Source of the DNA: Acidobacteriota bacterium
GTDB lineage: Bacteria > Acidobacteriota > CAIWXX01
DNA: 64,000 nt
Direction of reading: 5' to 3'
Assembly: GCA_040755995.1 (NCBI GenBank)
Contig: JBFMAF010000026.1
Span: forward strand, 108,889-172,888
Under the pieces are notes generated by a model. It saw only the letters and a list, made by a program, of their open reading frames with translations, made no database searches and was not told the DNA's origin. The first letter of the stretch is position 1. Every line of letters starts with the position of its first letter. This document shows, piece after piece, positions 39,539 to 49,511 of the stretch. A program made the position numbers and the translations under genes.

Positions 39539-40963
39539 TCAGGGATCGCTGCAGGCTGGGCCGTCTTTCTGGAGTTGCCGGATGCCGTACTTGCGCATCA
39601 GGGCCTGCAGGTTCTGCCGCTGCATGCCGACGTCTTCGGCTGCGCGGCTGACGTTCCAGCCGCTTCTCTCCAGGGCGTTGACCACGAAGGCGCGTTCCAC
39701 CTCGCCGACCGCCTCGTCCCGCAGCCGCCGCTTCAACGCGAGAAGCTCGCTCTTGGTCGCCGGTATCGTGATGTCGGGCGGGATTCCGTGGATCGTCTTA
39801 GGCAGATGGTGCGGTTCGATCGGCCCGCCCTCGTGGTTGATCACCGCCCACTCGATCGCGTTCTCGAGCTGGCGAATGTTGCCGGGCCAATCGTATTTCT
39901 CCAACAGCCTCAAAGCCGCCTCTGAGAGCGTGGCCGCCTCCCGGCCCGTCCTCTCCTGCATCTTTTTCAGGATGTGAAAGGCGAGCAGCGGGACGTCTTC
40001 TTTTCGCTCTCTCAACGGCGGCAAATGGATCGGGTAGACGTAGAGCCGATAGTAGAGATCCTCTCTGAACGATTTCTCCGAGACCATTTTCGAAAGATCC
40101 CGATTCGTCGCGAAGATCAGCCTCACGTCCACCTGCTTCACTTCGGTGCCGCCCAGCGGGATGAACTGCCGCTCCTGAACGAACCTCAGGAGCTTGCCCT
40201 GGATATCCAGATCGACGTTGCAGATCTCGTCGAGGAAGACGGTGCCGCTATCCGCGGCTTCGAAGATCCCCTGCTTGTTGGCGATCGCGCCGGTGAACGC
40301 GCCCCTCACGTGTCCGAAGAGCTCGCTCTGCAGCAGTTCCAGCGACAGCGTGCCGCAGTCGACGGCGAAGAAGCGGTTGTCCCTGCGCGGGCTCAGGCCG
40401 TGGATCGCCCTCGCGACCAGCTCCTTGCCCGTCCCGCTCTCTCCCACGATCAAGACGGTGCTCGAAGTCGGGGCCACTTTGCGGATGAGCGAATAGACCT
40501 CTTGCATCCGCTGGCTTCTTCCGACTATGCCCGGAAACTCGGGGATCGCCACACCAGCCTCCACGGCCCTCTGCTCCATGACCAGCTTTCTCTTCTCCCA
40601 CGCCTTCTGAGCCACACTCGCGAGCTCCTGTGCCGTGAACGGCTTGGGCAGATAGTCGAATGCGCCGAGCTTCATCGTCTCGACAACGGAGGCGATGGTG
40701 GCGTAGCCCGTTATCACCACGACGATCACGTCGGGGTACTGGTTGCGCAGAATCTCTATCAGCTCCATCCCACCGATCTCGACCATCTTCAGATCGGTGA
40801 TTACGAGGTCGAAGGGCTGCTCTCGCAGCGATCCGAGCGCCTGCTTTCCGGAGAGGGCGGTCTTGACGGTGAACCCCAGGCGTGCGAGCACCTTCTCACA
40901 ACTCCTGCAGATCGAGAGCTCGTCATCGACGACGAGAACCTGCGGCCGGCCGGCTTCAGGCAT
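39539..40963 (-). CDS. sigma54-dependent response regulator (NtrC family)
   Basis: REC, GESGTGKE, GAFTGA, WPGNIRQLEN, HTH; start overlaps HK stop. Confidence 0.95.
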   Translation of the reverse strand: MPEAGRPQVLVVDDELSICRSCEKVLARLGFTVKTALSGKQALGSLREQPFDLVITDLKMVEIGGMELIEILRNQYPDVIVVVITGYATIASVVETMKLGAFDYLPKPFTAQELASVAQKAWEKRKLVMEQRAVEAGVAIPEFPGIVGRSQRMQEVYSLIRKVAPTSSTVLIVGESGTGKELVARAIHGLSPRRDNRFFAVDCGTLSLELLQSELFGHVRGAFTGAIANKQGIFEAADSGTVFLDEICNVDLDIQGKLLRFVQERQFIPLGGTEVKQVDVRLIFATNRDLSKMVSEKSFREDLYYRLYVYPIHLPPLRERKEDVPLLAFHILKKMQERTGREAATLSEAALRLLEKYDWPGNIRQLENAIEWAVINHEGGPIEPHHLPKTIHGIPPDITIPATKSELLALKRRLRDEAVGEVERAFVVNALERSGWNVSRAAEDVGMQRQNLQALMRKYGIRQLQKDGPACSDP

Positions 40964-42941
40964 GGGGCTGGCTGTTCTGGATCGGGAGGCGTATCGAGAA
41001 GGTCGTACCCTGGCCGGCAGCGCTTCGGAGCTGGATACTACCGCCGTGGCGCTCGACAATTCCATACGCGATGGAAAGGCCCAGGCCCGTTCCGGTTTTC
41101 TTGGTCGTGAAGAAAGGCTCGAACAGCTTGTCTTTGATCTCGTCGGGAATTCCGGGGCCGTTGTCCTGGATGTGGAGCTCCACCATTTTCAGATCGGCCG
41201 CCACGCCCGTCCGGATTCTGATCTCGCCGTTGTTGGGGATCGCGTCCGCCGCGTTCAAGACGATGTTCAGTACGACCTGCCGCATCTGATCCATGTCGGC
41301 CATGATGCTCGGAACGGAAGGATCGAGATCGGTCTTGATCACCGCATTCCGGAAGCTGGCCTGGTTCCTGACCAGCGCCAGCACGTCCTCGACTACGCGG
41401 TTCAGACTCAGGGATTGTTTGTGCGGTTGGGTCTGGCGAGCGAAGTCCAGGAGTCCCTTGACGATCTTGCGGCACCTGAGGGTCTCGTTCACGATCGTCT
41501 GGAGATCCTCCCGATGCGGGTCATCCGCCGTTGTGTCTTCGAGCATCAGGCTGCTGTTCGTGAGAATGCCCGTCAGCGGATTGTTGATCTCGTGAGCGAC
41601 GCCGGCGGCGAGCTTGCCTATGCCCGCGAGCTTCTCCGCCTGCAGCAGCTGGGTCTGCATCGCCCTCAGCTCGGCAGTGCGTTGATCCACCTTTCGCTCG
41701 AGGTTCTCCGCCCACTCTCGCAGATCCTGGTGTGCCTTCGAGAGCTCGCGCACCATCTTGTTGAACGAGCTGGCCAGATGCGCGATTTCATCCTCGCCGG
41801 TAACCTCGATCTCCTGCGAGTAGTCCCCTCCGGCGAGCCCCTGCGATGCGAGAGCGATCGCCCGGATGGGCTTCGAAATCCTGTCTGCCGCCTTCATCGC
41901 CACCCAGGAGACGAGGACCACTCCGAGGAGGGCGATTCCGAGAAAGACGAGCAGGCTTCTCCAGAGACTGTCCCGAAAAGGCCGTTCGAGCGTGCCGACG
42001 TAGAGCATCCCGATCGTCTTTCCCTGCATGTCCAGGATTGGAGCATAGGCGGAGATGTACCAGTCGTTCACGACGAAGGCTCGGCCGCGCCACGTGTTGC
42101 CTCTCTCGAGCACCTCCTTTGCGACCTCCGCGGACACCCTGGTCGTGATGGCGCGGTTGCCGTCGGCATTCCGCACATTCGTCGAAATGCGGACATCATC
42201 CTGGAATATCGTGGCTGTGCCTACCTCTCTGCCCTTGTAAACCCCTTCCTTGAACACAGTCTTGCGTATCTTGTCCACAACTTCGTAGTTCCGGTTGATG
42301 AGAACGCCGCCGTACAGGATCCCAACCATTCTATTCTGCGGCGTGAAGACAGGCGCGGCTGCCATCAGAAGCATGCCGTCGGCGAGCGTAGTTCGCTCGG
42401 TCGGAGCGGCATGGGGGGTCGGGGTAATGCTCATTCCCGCCTGCTCGGCCAGCGCATCTGACTCCTTCTGAAGCTCCACTGCGGTGAAGATGATGGTGCT
42501 CGCCACCGACTCCCTCCTGAAGAGCGCCATGTGGACGAGCTCCTCGCGCGACATGTCGTCGCCCCGCTGCGCCGGACGGTTCGTGCGATAGAACACCCTG
42601 CCCGAGGAATCGGTGACTGTGAGGATGTCGAGTCGCTCCGCCGACTTCACGCGCTCCATCTCGGGCCCCAGGTTCGACAGATCGTTCCTGTCCAATGCTC
42701 CGTAAATCATCATCCGCGTCGCGTGGATCCTCAAGGAGTCCTTGAGCCGCTCGAGATATCCCTGATAGATCTCCTTCGCGGACTCCAAATCGGAGCTCAC
42801 CTTCGATTCGGCCTGCTCGTAGACGTGGCGCTGAATCATGCGAACTCCGACGAGAGTCGTGATGAGGGCCGGGATCATGATGGCCACGGCGAAGCTTGTG
42901 ATCAGGCGCGCCTTGAGGCTGGAGAGAATACGTAAACGCAT
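40956..42941 (-). CDS. Cache-HAMP sensor histidine kinase
   Basis: Two TM helices, Cache (ATIFQDDVRISTNV), HAMP, AHEINNPL, GTGLGL. Confidence 0.95.
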   Translation of the reverse strand: MRLRILSSLKARLITSFAVAIMIPALITTLVGVRMIQRHVYEQAESKVSSDLESAKEIYQGYLERLKDSLRIHATRMMIYGALDRNDLSNLGPEMERVKSAERLDILTVTDSSGRVFYRTNRPAQRGDDMSREELVHMALFRRESVASTIIFTAVELQKESDALAEQAGMSITPTPHAAPTERTTLADGMLLMAAAPVFTPQNRMVGILYGGVLINRNYEVVDKIRKTVFKEGVYKGREVGTATIFQDDVRISTNVRNADGNRAITTRVSAEVAKEVLERGNTWRGRAFVVNDWYISAYAPILDMQGKTIGMLYVGTLERPFRDSLWRSLLVFLGIALLGVVLVSWVAMKAADRISKPIRAIALASQGLAGGDYSQEIEVTGEDEIAHLASSFNKMVRELSKAHQDLREWAENLERKVDQRTAELRAMQTQLLQAEKLAGIGKLAAGVAHEINNPLTGILTNSSLMLEDTTADDPHREDLQTIVNETLRCRKIVKGLLDFARQTQPHKQSLSLNRVVEDVLALVRNQASFRNAVIKTDLDPSVPSIMADMDQMRQVVLNIVLNAADAIPNNGEIRIRTGVAADLKMVELHIQDNGPGIPDEIKDKLFEPFFTTKKTGTGLGLSIAYGIVERHGGSIQLRSAAGQGTTFSIRLPIQNSQPHA

Positions 42942-43132
42942 TCGACCCTGCAGCGACTGAAATGCGGACGGCACGTTCAGAGATTAGCAGCCCAGCGCTT
43001 CAGCACGCAAGGCACTCTGCTCAAGATTAACACGATTTAATTCGCTCTTAAGGGTCCTTTCATCCGCGGGTGTTAGCTTTCAGGTATGAAACCAACCCGG
43101 GAAACGTACGAACTCCCCGAGGAGGACGGACG

Positions 43133-43714
43133 ATGGTAGACCAACGAGACATAGTGCTGGAAGCGGGAGCAAAGCACGACTTCATCGACGAGCTGCTCGC
43201 GGTGCCGGGCGGCGAGGCGATACGCGACTGCATCCAATGCGGCACGTGCAGCGGCTCTTGCCCCGTTTCCTATTTTATGGACAACACGCCGCGGAAGCTC
43301 TTCGCCATGATCCGCGCGGGGCTGCGCGACCGGGTGCTTGAGAGCGCAAGCCTATGGTTGTGCACGTCGTGCTACACGTGCACCTTGCGCTGCCCAAGGC
43401 AGATAGCCGTGACCGACATCATCTACGCGCTCAAGCGGCTCGCGATGAAGGAGGGCAAGGGGGCCGGCGCGGCGAAGGCAGTGGCGCTGGCCAGCTCGTT
43501 CGTCGCCGTCGTCGATCGCCGGGGCCGCAACTATGAGCCCGAGCTGCTGATACGCTACTACCTGAAGACGAACCCGGCGGCCTTCGTGAACCAGGCCGGA
43601 CTGGGCATGAAGCTGCTGGGACGGGGGCGCTTCCCATTGAAGGGTGAGAAGATACACGGCCTCGACCAGATCCGCACGATTATCGCCAAGTCGCACGAAA
43701 TCGGAGGTCTGTGA
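43133..43714 (+). CDS. hdrC: Heterodisulfide reductase subunit C
   Basis: CIQCGTCSGSCP and CTSCYTCTLRCP; GAGGAGG RBS. Confidence 0.92.
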   Translation: MVDQRDIVLEAGAKHDFIDELLAVPGGEAIRDCIQCGTCSGSCPVSYFMDNTPRKLFAMIRAGLRDRVLESASLWLCTSCYTCTLRCPRQIAVTDIIYALKRLAMKEGKGAGAAKAVALASSFVAVVDRRGRNYEPELLIRYYLKTNPAAFVNQAGLGMKLLGRGRFPLKGEKIHGLDQIRTIIAKSHEIGGL

Positions 43715-44619
43715 TGCGTTTCGCATACTACCCGGGCTGCTCGCTGGAGGCAACGGGGCGAGCCTATGAGGAGTCCACATCGGCGCTTGCCAAGCCGCTG
43801 GGTCTCGATCTCAAGGAACTGGACGACTGGAACTGCTGCGGCGCAACATCGTACATGTCGGTGCGCGAGCTGCTGTCGTACTCGATCTCTGCCAGGAACC
43901 TCTGCCTTGCGCAGAAGCAGGGGCTGGATATTGTCGCGCCGTGCTCGGCCTGCTTCACCATCCTGCGGAAGACCGATCATTACCTGCAGGAGATGCCCGA
44001 GCTGCGAAGAAAGGTGGAGAGTGTTCTGGGAGCTGCCGGCCTGTCCTACACGCCCGGCAGCGTGCGTGTCCGGCACCTGCTGGAGGTGATGACAGGGAAC
44101 GGCGGCCTCGGCAAGATCCGCGACCTGGTGCGGAATCCGCTGAAGACTCTCAAGGTCGCTCCGTATTACGGCTGTCAGATCGTGCGCCCGCGGGTGGATT
44201 TCGACGACCCGGAATACCCGATGGTCCTGGACCGGGTGATCGAGGCGATCGGAGCGCAGGCGGTCTACTATCCGGTGAAATCGCGCTGCTGCGGGGCGTC
44301 ACTGATGGCGTCGAACGAACCCGCCGCGATCCGCCTCTGCAAGAACCTGTTGCTTTGTGCCCAGCAGAACGAGGCCGATTGCATCATCACTGTCTGCCCC
44401 CTCTGCCAGATGAACCTGGACGCGTTTCAGAACAAGGTGAACCTGAAGTATGGAACGCGCTTCAACATCCCTGTTCTTTACTTCACGCAGCTCGTGGGCC
44501 TGGCTTTGGGAATGCCGGCCGGGGCCGTGGGAATAGGCCGGGAGATCGTCCCGGCCGCTTCACTGCTGGGCCGGTACGCCGATACCCCGACGGCCCCAGC
44601 ATCCGTTGCACACGCATGA
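43714..44619 (+). CDS. hdrB: Heterodisulfide reductase subunit B
   Basis: YYPGC, WNCCG, CSAC, YYGC, CCG, CPLC: two CCG domains. Confidence 0.95.
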   Translation: MRFAYYPGCSLEATGRAYEESTSALAKPLGLDLKELDDWNCCGATSYMSVRELLSYSISARNLCLAQKQGLDIVAPCSACFTILRKTDHYLQEMPELRRKVESVLGAAGLSYTPGSVRVRHLLEVMTGNGGLGKIRDLVRNPLKTLKVAPYYGCQIVRPRVDFDDPEYPMVLDRVIEAIGAQAVYYPVKSRCCGASLMASNEPAAIRLCKNLLLCAQQNEADCIITVCPLCQMNLDAFQNKVNLKYGTRFNIPVLYFTQLVGLALGMPAGAVGIGREIVPAASLLGRYADTPTAPASVAHA

Positions 44620-44721
44620 TGAACAAGATCGTCCGCGAGCAGCACCGGCGAAGACAGACCGGATCGCGTGCGGGCCTCGCGCCCGCTCCAATCTTTCGCA
44701 CCTGAAGAAGGAGGATAGACC

Positions 44722-45624
44722 ATGGCCGAACCAGGCGATAGCATAGCAGCGAACGAATCCACGATCGGCCAGGCGACCGACGGTCTCCGTATCGGCGTCT
44801 ATGTCTGCCACTGCGGGACGAATATATCGGGCAAGGTCGACGTCGAGAACGTCTCGCGATACGCGGCCAAACTGCCGGGTGTAGTGATCGCCAGGGACTA
44901 TAAGTTCTTGTGCTCGGATCCCGGGCAGGATCTCATCATCAAGGACATACAGACATACAAACTCCAGCGCGTCGTGGTCTCTTCCTGCTCGCCCAGGATG
45001 CACGAGCCGACGTTCCGCGGAGCCTGCGGCCGGGCGGAGCTCAATCCGTTTCTGATGACCATGGCAAACATCCGCGAACACTGTTCGTGGGTCACCGCAG
45101 ATCCGACCGCGGCCACGGACAAAGCCAAAGCGCTGATACGAGGAGCAGTTGCGCGCGCGGCCAACCTGGAGCCTCTGCACGTGCGCGAAGTGCCGGTCGC
45201 ACCGGCCGTGATGGTCATCGGCGGCGGAATCGCCGGTATCCAGGCGGCCCTGGACGTGGCAAGCGCCGGAAAGAAGGTCTATCTCGTCGAGAAGGAGCCG
45301 AGTATCGGCGGTCACATGGCGCAGTTCGACAAGACCTTCCCGACACTCGACTGCGCCGCCTGCATTCTGACGCCCAAGATGGTCAACGTGGGCCAGAACC
45401 CGAATATCGAGCTTCTCACGTATAGCGAGGTCGAGGATGTGTCTGGATACATCGGCAACTTCAAGGTGCGCGTACGCAGGAAGGCCCGGTTCGTAGACGA
45501 GGACAAGTGTAACGGTTGCGGCGCGTGCTGGGAGGCCTGTCCCGCCAAACGAGTCCCGGCGACACGGGTGATACGCAAGGGGAAGCTCGTCATCGGCCGG
45601 ACGAAGCTACCCTCTGAAAGCTGA
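44722..45624 (+). CDS. hdrA: Heterodisulfide reductase subunit A, N-terminal half
   Basis: CHCGTNI, CSPRMHE, NIREHCSW, GGGIAG, KTFPTLDC, CNGCGACWEACP, then stop. Confidence 0.92.
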   Translation: MAEPGDSIAANESTIGQATDGLRIGVYVCHCGTNISGKVDVENVSRYAAKLPGVVIARDYKFLCSDPGQDLIIKDIQTYKLQRVVVSSCSPRMHEPTFRGACGRAELNPFLMTMANIREHCSWVTADPTAATDKAKALIRGAVARAANLEPLHVREVPVAPAVMVIGGGIAGIQAALDVASAGKKVYLVEKEPSIGGHMAQFDKTFPTLDCAACILTPKMVNVGQNPNIELLTYSEVEDVSGYIGNFKVRVRRKARFVDEDKCNGCGACWEACPAKRVPATRVIRKGKLVIGRTKLPSES

Positions 45625-45660
45625 GTCATCACCAGATGATCCTGTTCACGGGAGCCGAAG

Positions 45661-45996
45661 ATGACGCTCGCAGACGTACGGGATATCCTGAGGGCGGAAA
45701 TCCTCTGGGCGAACGATCTTACTACAGTCGTAGAATCGGTCGGGGCCGCCGACCTGATGAGCGACGTGCTGGCCCTCAGCAGACCGGGCATGCTGCTGCT
45801 TTCAGGGCTGCTCAGCGTGCAGACCATACGCACCGCGGCGGTGGCCGATCTGATTGGAGTCGTGTTCGTGCGCGGGAAGATTCCCGATTCGCAGATCGTC
45901 AGGGCGGCCGAGGAGGCCGGGGTGCCAATCATGAGCACAGCCTTCACAATGTTCGAGGCATCAGGCCTGCTTTACTGCGCGCTGAACCGGCGCTGA
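45661..45996 (+). CDS. DRTGG-domain protein
   Basis: AADLMSDVL...VFVRGK. Confidence 0.85.
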   Translation: MTLADVRDILRAEILWANDLTTVVESVGAADLMSDVLALSRPGMLLLSGLLSVQTIRTAAVADLIGVVFVRGKIPDSQIVRAAEEAGVPIMSTAFTMFEASGLLYCALNRR

Positions 45997-46019
45997 GCAG
46001 GCCGCTGTGTGATGCCGGT

Positions 46020-46448
46020 ATGCAGATGGAGGAGTTCGAGCGGAGCTACACGATCACAGGAAGGGACTTCGTGAACGCAGGTCGGGCCTCTACGGCTGTC
46101 AAGGACATTCTCAAGGGAATGGGTGTCAGGGCCGATCTGGTGCGGCGCGCGGCGATTGCCGCATATGAGGCGGAGATGAACGTAGTGATGTATGCGAGTC
46201 GCGGCACAATGACGCTGCACGTGACCCCTTCGCGGCTGTTGATCGAGGTTGATGACGAGGGGCCCGGAATAGCGGATCTGGAGCTGGCGATGAAGGAGGG
46301 CTATTCCACTGCGACCCACGAGATGCGCGAAATGGGATTCGGCGCCGGAATGGGACTGCCGAATATCAAGAGGAACGCGCATGAGATGAGCATCCAGTCG
46401 GTCGTCGGTGTGGGCACGAAGCTCTCCGTTCAAGTGAGATTCGATTAG
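46020..46448 (+). CDS. Anti-sigma-factor-type (RsbT-like) Ser/Thr kinase
   Basis: YEAEMN, DEGPGI, GYST, GAGMGLPN. Confidence 0.88.
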   Translation: MQMEEFERSYTITGRDFVNAGRASTAVKDILKGMGVRADLVRRAAIAAYEAEMNVVMYASRGTMTLHVTPSRLLIEVDDEGPGIADLELAMKEGYSTATHEMREMGFGAGMGLPNIKRNAHEMSIQSVVGVGTKLSVQVRFD

Positions 46449-46459
46449 AGGGGCATTCA

Positions 46460-47800
46460 GTGCAGGCTTACTATCACTCGATTCGCTTCGACGCGGCCCG
46501 TTGCGACGGCTGCATGTCGTGCATGCGCGTCTGCCCCACGCGAGCGGTCCGAATCCGCAAAGGCGGCGCAGTGATGCTGGAGGATCGCTGCATAGACTGC
46601 GGTGAATGCATCAGGTCGTGCACGCGTGGAGCGGTGGTTCCGCTCACTGGAACGCTCGAGGATCTCTCCAGCTTCACGTACAAGGTGGCAATCCCATCAC
46701 CGGCTCTCTATGCACAGTTCGATCCGGAAGTGACGCCCGGCATGATACTCGACGCGCTGAAGATCTGCGGGTTCGATGATGCAGTGAGTCTGTCGGCTTC
46801 CTGCGATGCCGTGGCGGCTGCCACTGAGCTGTTTCTCGACGAGTATCGCGGCCAGTATCCGTTGATATCCTCGTTCTGCCCGTCGGTAGTGCGGCTTATC
46901 CAGGTGCAGTACCCGGACCTGGTGGAGCAGCTGCTGCCCATATTGACTCCAAGGGAAATAGCCGCGCGGGAAGCCAAGGTGAAGAAGGAAGTGGATAGCG
47001 GCATCGACACGGAGCGAATCGGTGCCGTGTACATCACCCCCTGCCCCGCCAAGATGGTATCGATTGTCGACCACCCGGGAATGGACAGATCCTACCTCGA
47101 CTCTGCCGTCTCCATAAGAGACCTGTACCAGATCCTCGCCGCAGCCCTGGCGCAGAGCCAGGAACGCAAAGATCGCGCAGGCGATGGCGAGACTGCGTCG
47201 GGCATTGCATGGGCCTATCTTGGAGCGTTGCCGATGTCGGTGCCCGCGGAGAACAGCATGTCCGTTGCCGGGCTTCCGAATGTAATCCGGATTCTGGACG
47301 ACATAGAGAAGGGCCGGCTGCGAAGGTATTCGTTCGTTGAGTGTCACGCATGTCCTGAGGGGTGTGTCAGCGGCCCGCTGACCATCGAAAACCCTTACGT
47401 AGCGAGGGCCAGAGCGATCAGACTGTCCGGATCGCTGGAGAGGGCGGAGGCGGCCAGGAGTGAGCAGATTCTCCGGCTCTACCGTGAAGGTGCGTTCCTG
47501 ATGAAACAGACGATCGGCGCCCGGCCGCACAAGCCGCTGGACACCGACATATCGCGCGCAATCGCCAAGATGAAGGAAAAGGACCGGATCCGCGCCGGGC
47601 TGCCTGGGATTGACTGCGGGGCATGCGGTGCGCCGACGTGCGAGGCGTTTGCCGAGGACCTTGTCGAAGGAGAAACCGAAGCAGCCTCTTGTGTGTTCGT
47701 GCGCCAGCAACAGGTCAGCGAACTTGTCGAGAGGCTGGGCGTGCTTCTGAAGATCCATTCAGGCAGCGGCGAACGGCCGTCTGTGGGAGTACAGCAATGA
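46460..47800 (+). CDS. [FeFe]-hydrogenase-like FeS protein (putative sensory, group D type)
   Basis: 2x[4Fe-4S]; SSFCPS, TPCPAK, ECHACPEGCVSG; C-terminal CGACGAPTC FeS domain. Confidence 0.85.
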   Translation: MQAYYHSIRFDAARCDGCMSCMRVCPTRAVRIRKGGAVMLEDRCIDCGECIRSCTRGAVVPLTGTLEDLSSFTYKVAIPSPALYAQFDPEVTPGMILDALKICGFDDAVSLSASCDAVAAATELFLDEYRGQYPLISSFCPSVVRLIQVQYPDLVEQLLPILTPREIAAREAKVKKEVDSGIDTERIGAVYITPCPAKMVSIVDHPGMDRSYLDSAVSIRDLYQILAAALAQSQERKDRAGDGETASGIAWAYLGALPMSVPAENSMSVAGLPNVIRILDDIEKGRLRRYSFVECHACPEGCVSGPLTIENPYVARARAIRLSGSLERAEAARSEQILRLYREGAFLMKQTIGARPHKPLDTDISRAIAKMKEKDRIRAGLPGIDCGACGAPTCEAFAEDLVEGETEAASCVFVRQQQVSELVERLGVLLKIHSGSGERPSVGVQQ

Positions 47801-48147
47801 GGGTTGCCGACATTGCACCCATGTTGAACGGAACAATCGTCGGCGGCATCGAAGCTGCGGACAAGGAAGCCAACGGGGGCTATGTTTCTGATCTACTCTC
47901 GGACGTCATGGGCAACGCCAATGCAGGCGACGTCTGGGTGACAATCCAGAAGCACGTGAACACGATCGCAGTCGCGCATCTCCGGGATATCGCCGCAATC
48001 GTGCTGGCGAACGGGAGGCAACCGGAGGACGAGACGGTGCGGCGGGCCGCAGAGGAACAGGTGCCCGTCATCCTCACCCAGCTGCCGGTCTTCGACGTAG
48101 CTGGAATTCTGTACGGGGTGGGTTTGCGCGGGGGGAGGAAGCCCTGA
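47797..48147 (+). CDS. DRTGG-domain protein
   Basis: GGYVSDLLSDVM...VWVTIQKHVN; ATGA coupling. Confidence 0.85.
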   Translation: MRVADIAPMLNGTIVGGIEAADKEANGGYVSDLLSDVMGNANAGDVWVTIQKHVNTIAVAHLRDIAAIVLANGRQPEDETVRRAAEEQVPVILTQLPVFDVAGILYGVGLRGGRKP

Positions 48148-48149
48148 AG

Positions 48150-49511
48150 GTGTTTACACTGGACACGCATATGCACACTTGCCTCTCCCCGTGTGCAGAT
48201 CTGGACATGCACCCGACTGCCATCGTCGCCACGGCGATACAGGCCGGACTGGACGGCATCGTGGTGTGCGACCATAACTCGGCCGAGAACCTGGCTGCGG
48301 TCCAGCGGGCCGGGCAACGGGTGGGGCTCTCCGTTCTGGCTGGGATGGAGATTGCGAGCGCCGAAGAGGTTCATGTGGTGGCACTGCTGCCTGACCTCGA
48401 AGCTGCTCTGAAATTGCAACGGCGGGTCTACGCGGAGCTGCCCGGTAAGAATGACGAAGAGGCGTTCGGGATGCAGGTTGTAGCCGGTGAAGACGGCGAG
48501 GTGCTCGGCTTCAATCAGCGTCTCCTGATCGGCGCTACCACCATGAGCGTCGAGGAAGTCGTCGCGGCAATCCACGATGCCGGTGGAGTCGCAGTGGCGG
48601 CGCACGTCGATCGCGAAGGTTTCGGGATCATCGGTCAGCTCGGCATGATACCCCCCGGGCTGGCGCTGGACGCACTGGAGGTCTCGAGGCTCACGCCGCT
48701 GTCCGTCGCCCGCCTGAAGTACGTTCCTTCGGGCGAGCTCCCGCTGCTCTGCGGCTCGGATGCCCACGAACCGAAGTTCGTCGGAACAGCGGTGACCTTC
48801 ATGCTGCTGCAGGAACCGACTTTTGCCGAAGTGAATGCGGCCCTCGCGGAGAAGAGCGGCAGGACGGTTCTTGGTGGAGGCAGGCCGATGGAAGATCTTT
48901 CAATGCACATCCTCGACATCGCGCAGAATTCGATCGAGGCCGGAGCCTCTTCCGTCGAGATCAGCCTCGTCGAAGACATTGCGCGCGACCTGCTCGAGAT
49001 CGAAGTGCGCGACGACGGGAAGGGCATGGACCCTGAGACGATCGCGAAGGTCGCCGACCCCTTCTTCACCACGAGAACGACACGAAAGGTGGGGATGGGT
49101 CTGGCGTTCCTCGCACAGGCCGCGCAGGCTGCGGGCGGCGAGTTGTCAATCAAGTCGGAACCCGGGCAGGGGACTCGCGTGAAAGCGTCCTTCGGCCTGA
49201 GTCACATAGACCGCGCGCCGATCGGAGACGTCGAGACTACGCTGATGGTGCTTCTGGCAGGACACGACAACGTCGATCTCACGTTCAGGCATTCAATCGG
49301 CGGGCGGGAGTTCTCGCTGTGTACGGCGGATCTGAAGGAGGCCGCCGGGGGTGGACCGCTTTCCACACCGGCGGGTCTCGCGCTGCTCCGGCAGGCCATT
49401 CGCCTCGGCGAGTCATCCTTGCGCGAGCCGGATCCGGCGAGGCAGACCCGGCGACCAGGAAATCAGACGGCGGCTTCACTGGAGGTCAACAATGAATATC
49501 GAGACCGGTAG
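48150..49511 (+). CDS. PHP phosphoesterase fused to HATPase_c kinase
   Basis: DTHMHT, DHNS, AHVDR, SDAH; then HILDIAQNS, DDGKGM, PFFTT, GMGL. Confidence 0.88.
   Translation: MFTLDTHMHTCLSPCADLDMHPTAIVATAIQAGLDGIVVCDHNSAENLAAVQRAGQRVGLSVLAGMEIASAEEVHVVALLPDLEAALKLQRRVYAELPGKNDEEAFGMQVVAGEDGEVLGFNQRLLIGATTMSVEEVVAAIHDAGGVAVAAHVDREGFGIIGQLGMIPPGLALDALEVSRLTPLSVARLKYVPSGELPLLCGSDAHEPKFVGTAVTFMLLQEPTFAEVNAALAEKSGRTVLGGGRPMEDLSMHILDIAQNSIEAGASSVEISLVEDIARDLLEIEVRDDGKGMDPETIAKVADPFFTTRTTRKVGMGLAFLAQAAQAAGGELSIKSEPGQGTRVKASFGLSHIDRAPIGDVETTLMVLLAGHDNVDLTFRHSIGGREFSLCTADLKEAAGGGPLSTPAGLALLRQAIRLGESSLREPDPARQTRRPGNQTAASLEVNNEYRDR

Noticed and set aside
40743..42461. Long antisense ORFs (this one, 10949..12337, 23204..24436 and others)
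   Set aside because: Shadow frames of well-supported genes in GC-rich DNA; no motifs
44722..45624. hdrA pseudogene or selenocysteine read-through at the TGA
   Set aside because: The tail before the stop is not HdrA-like, the next gene is DRTGG, and the complementary half is intact at 52229..53977
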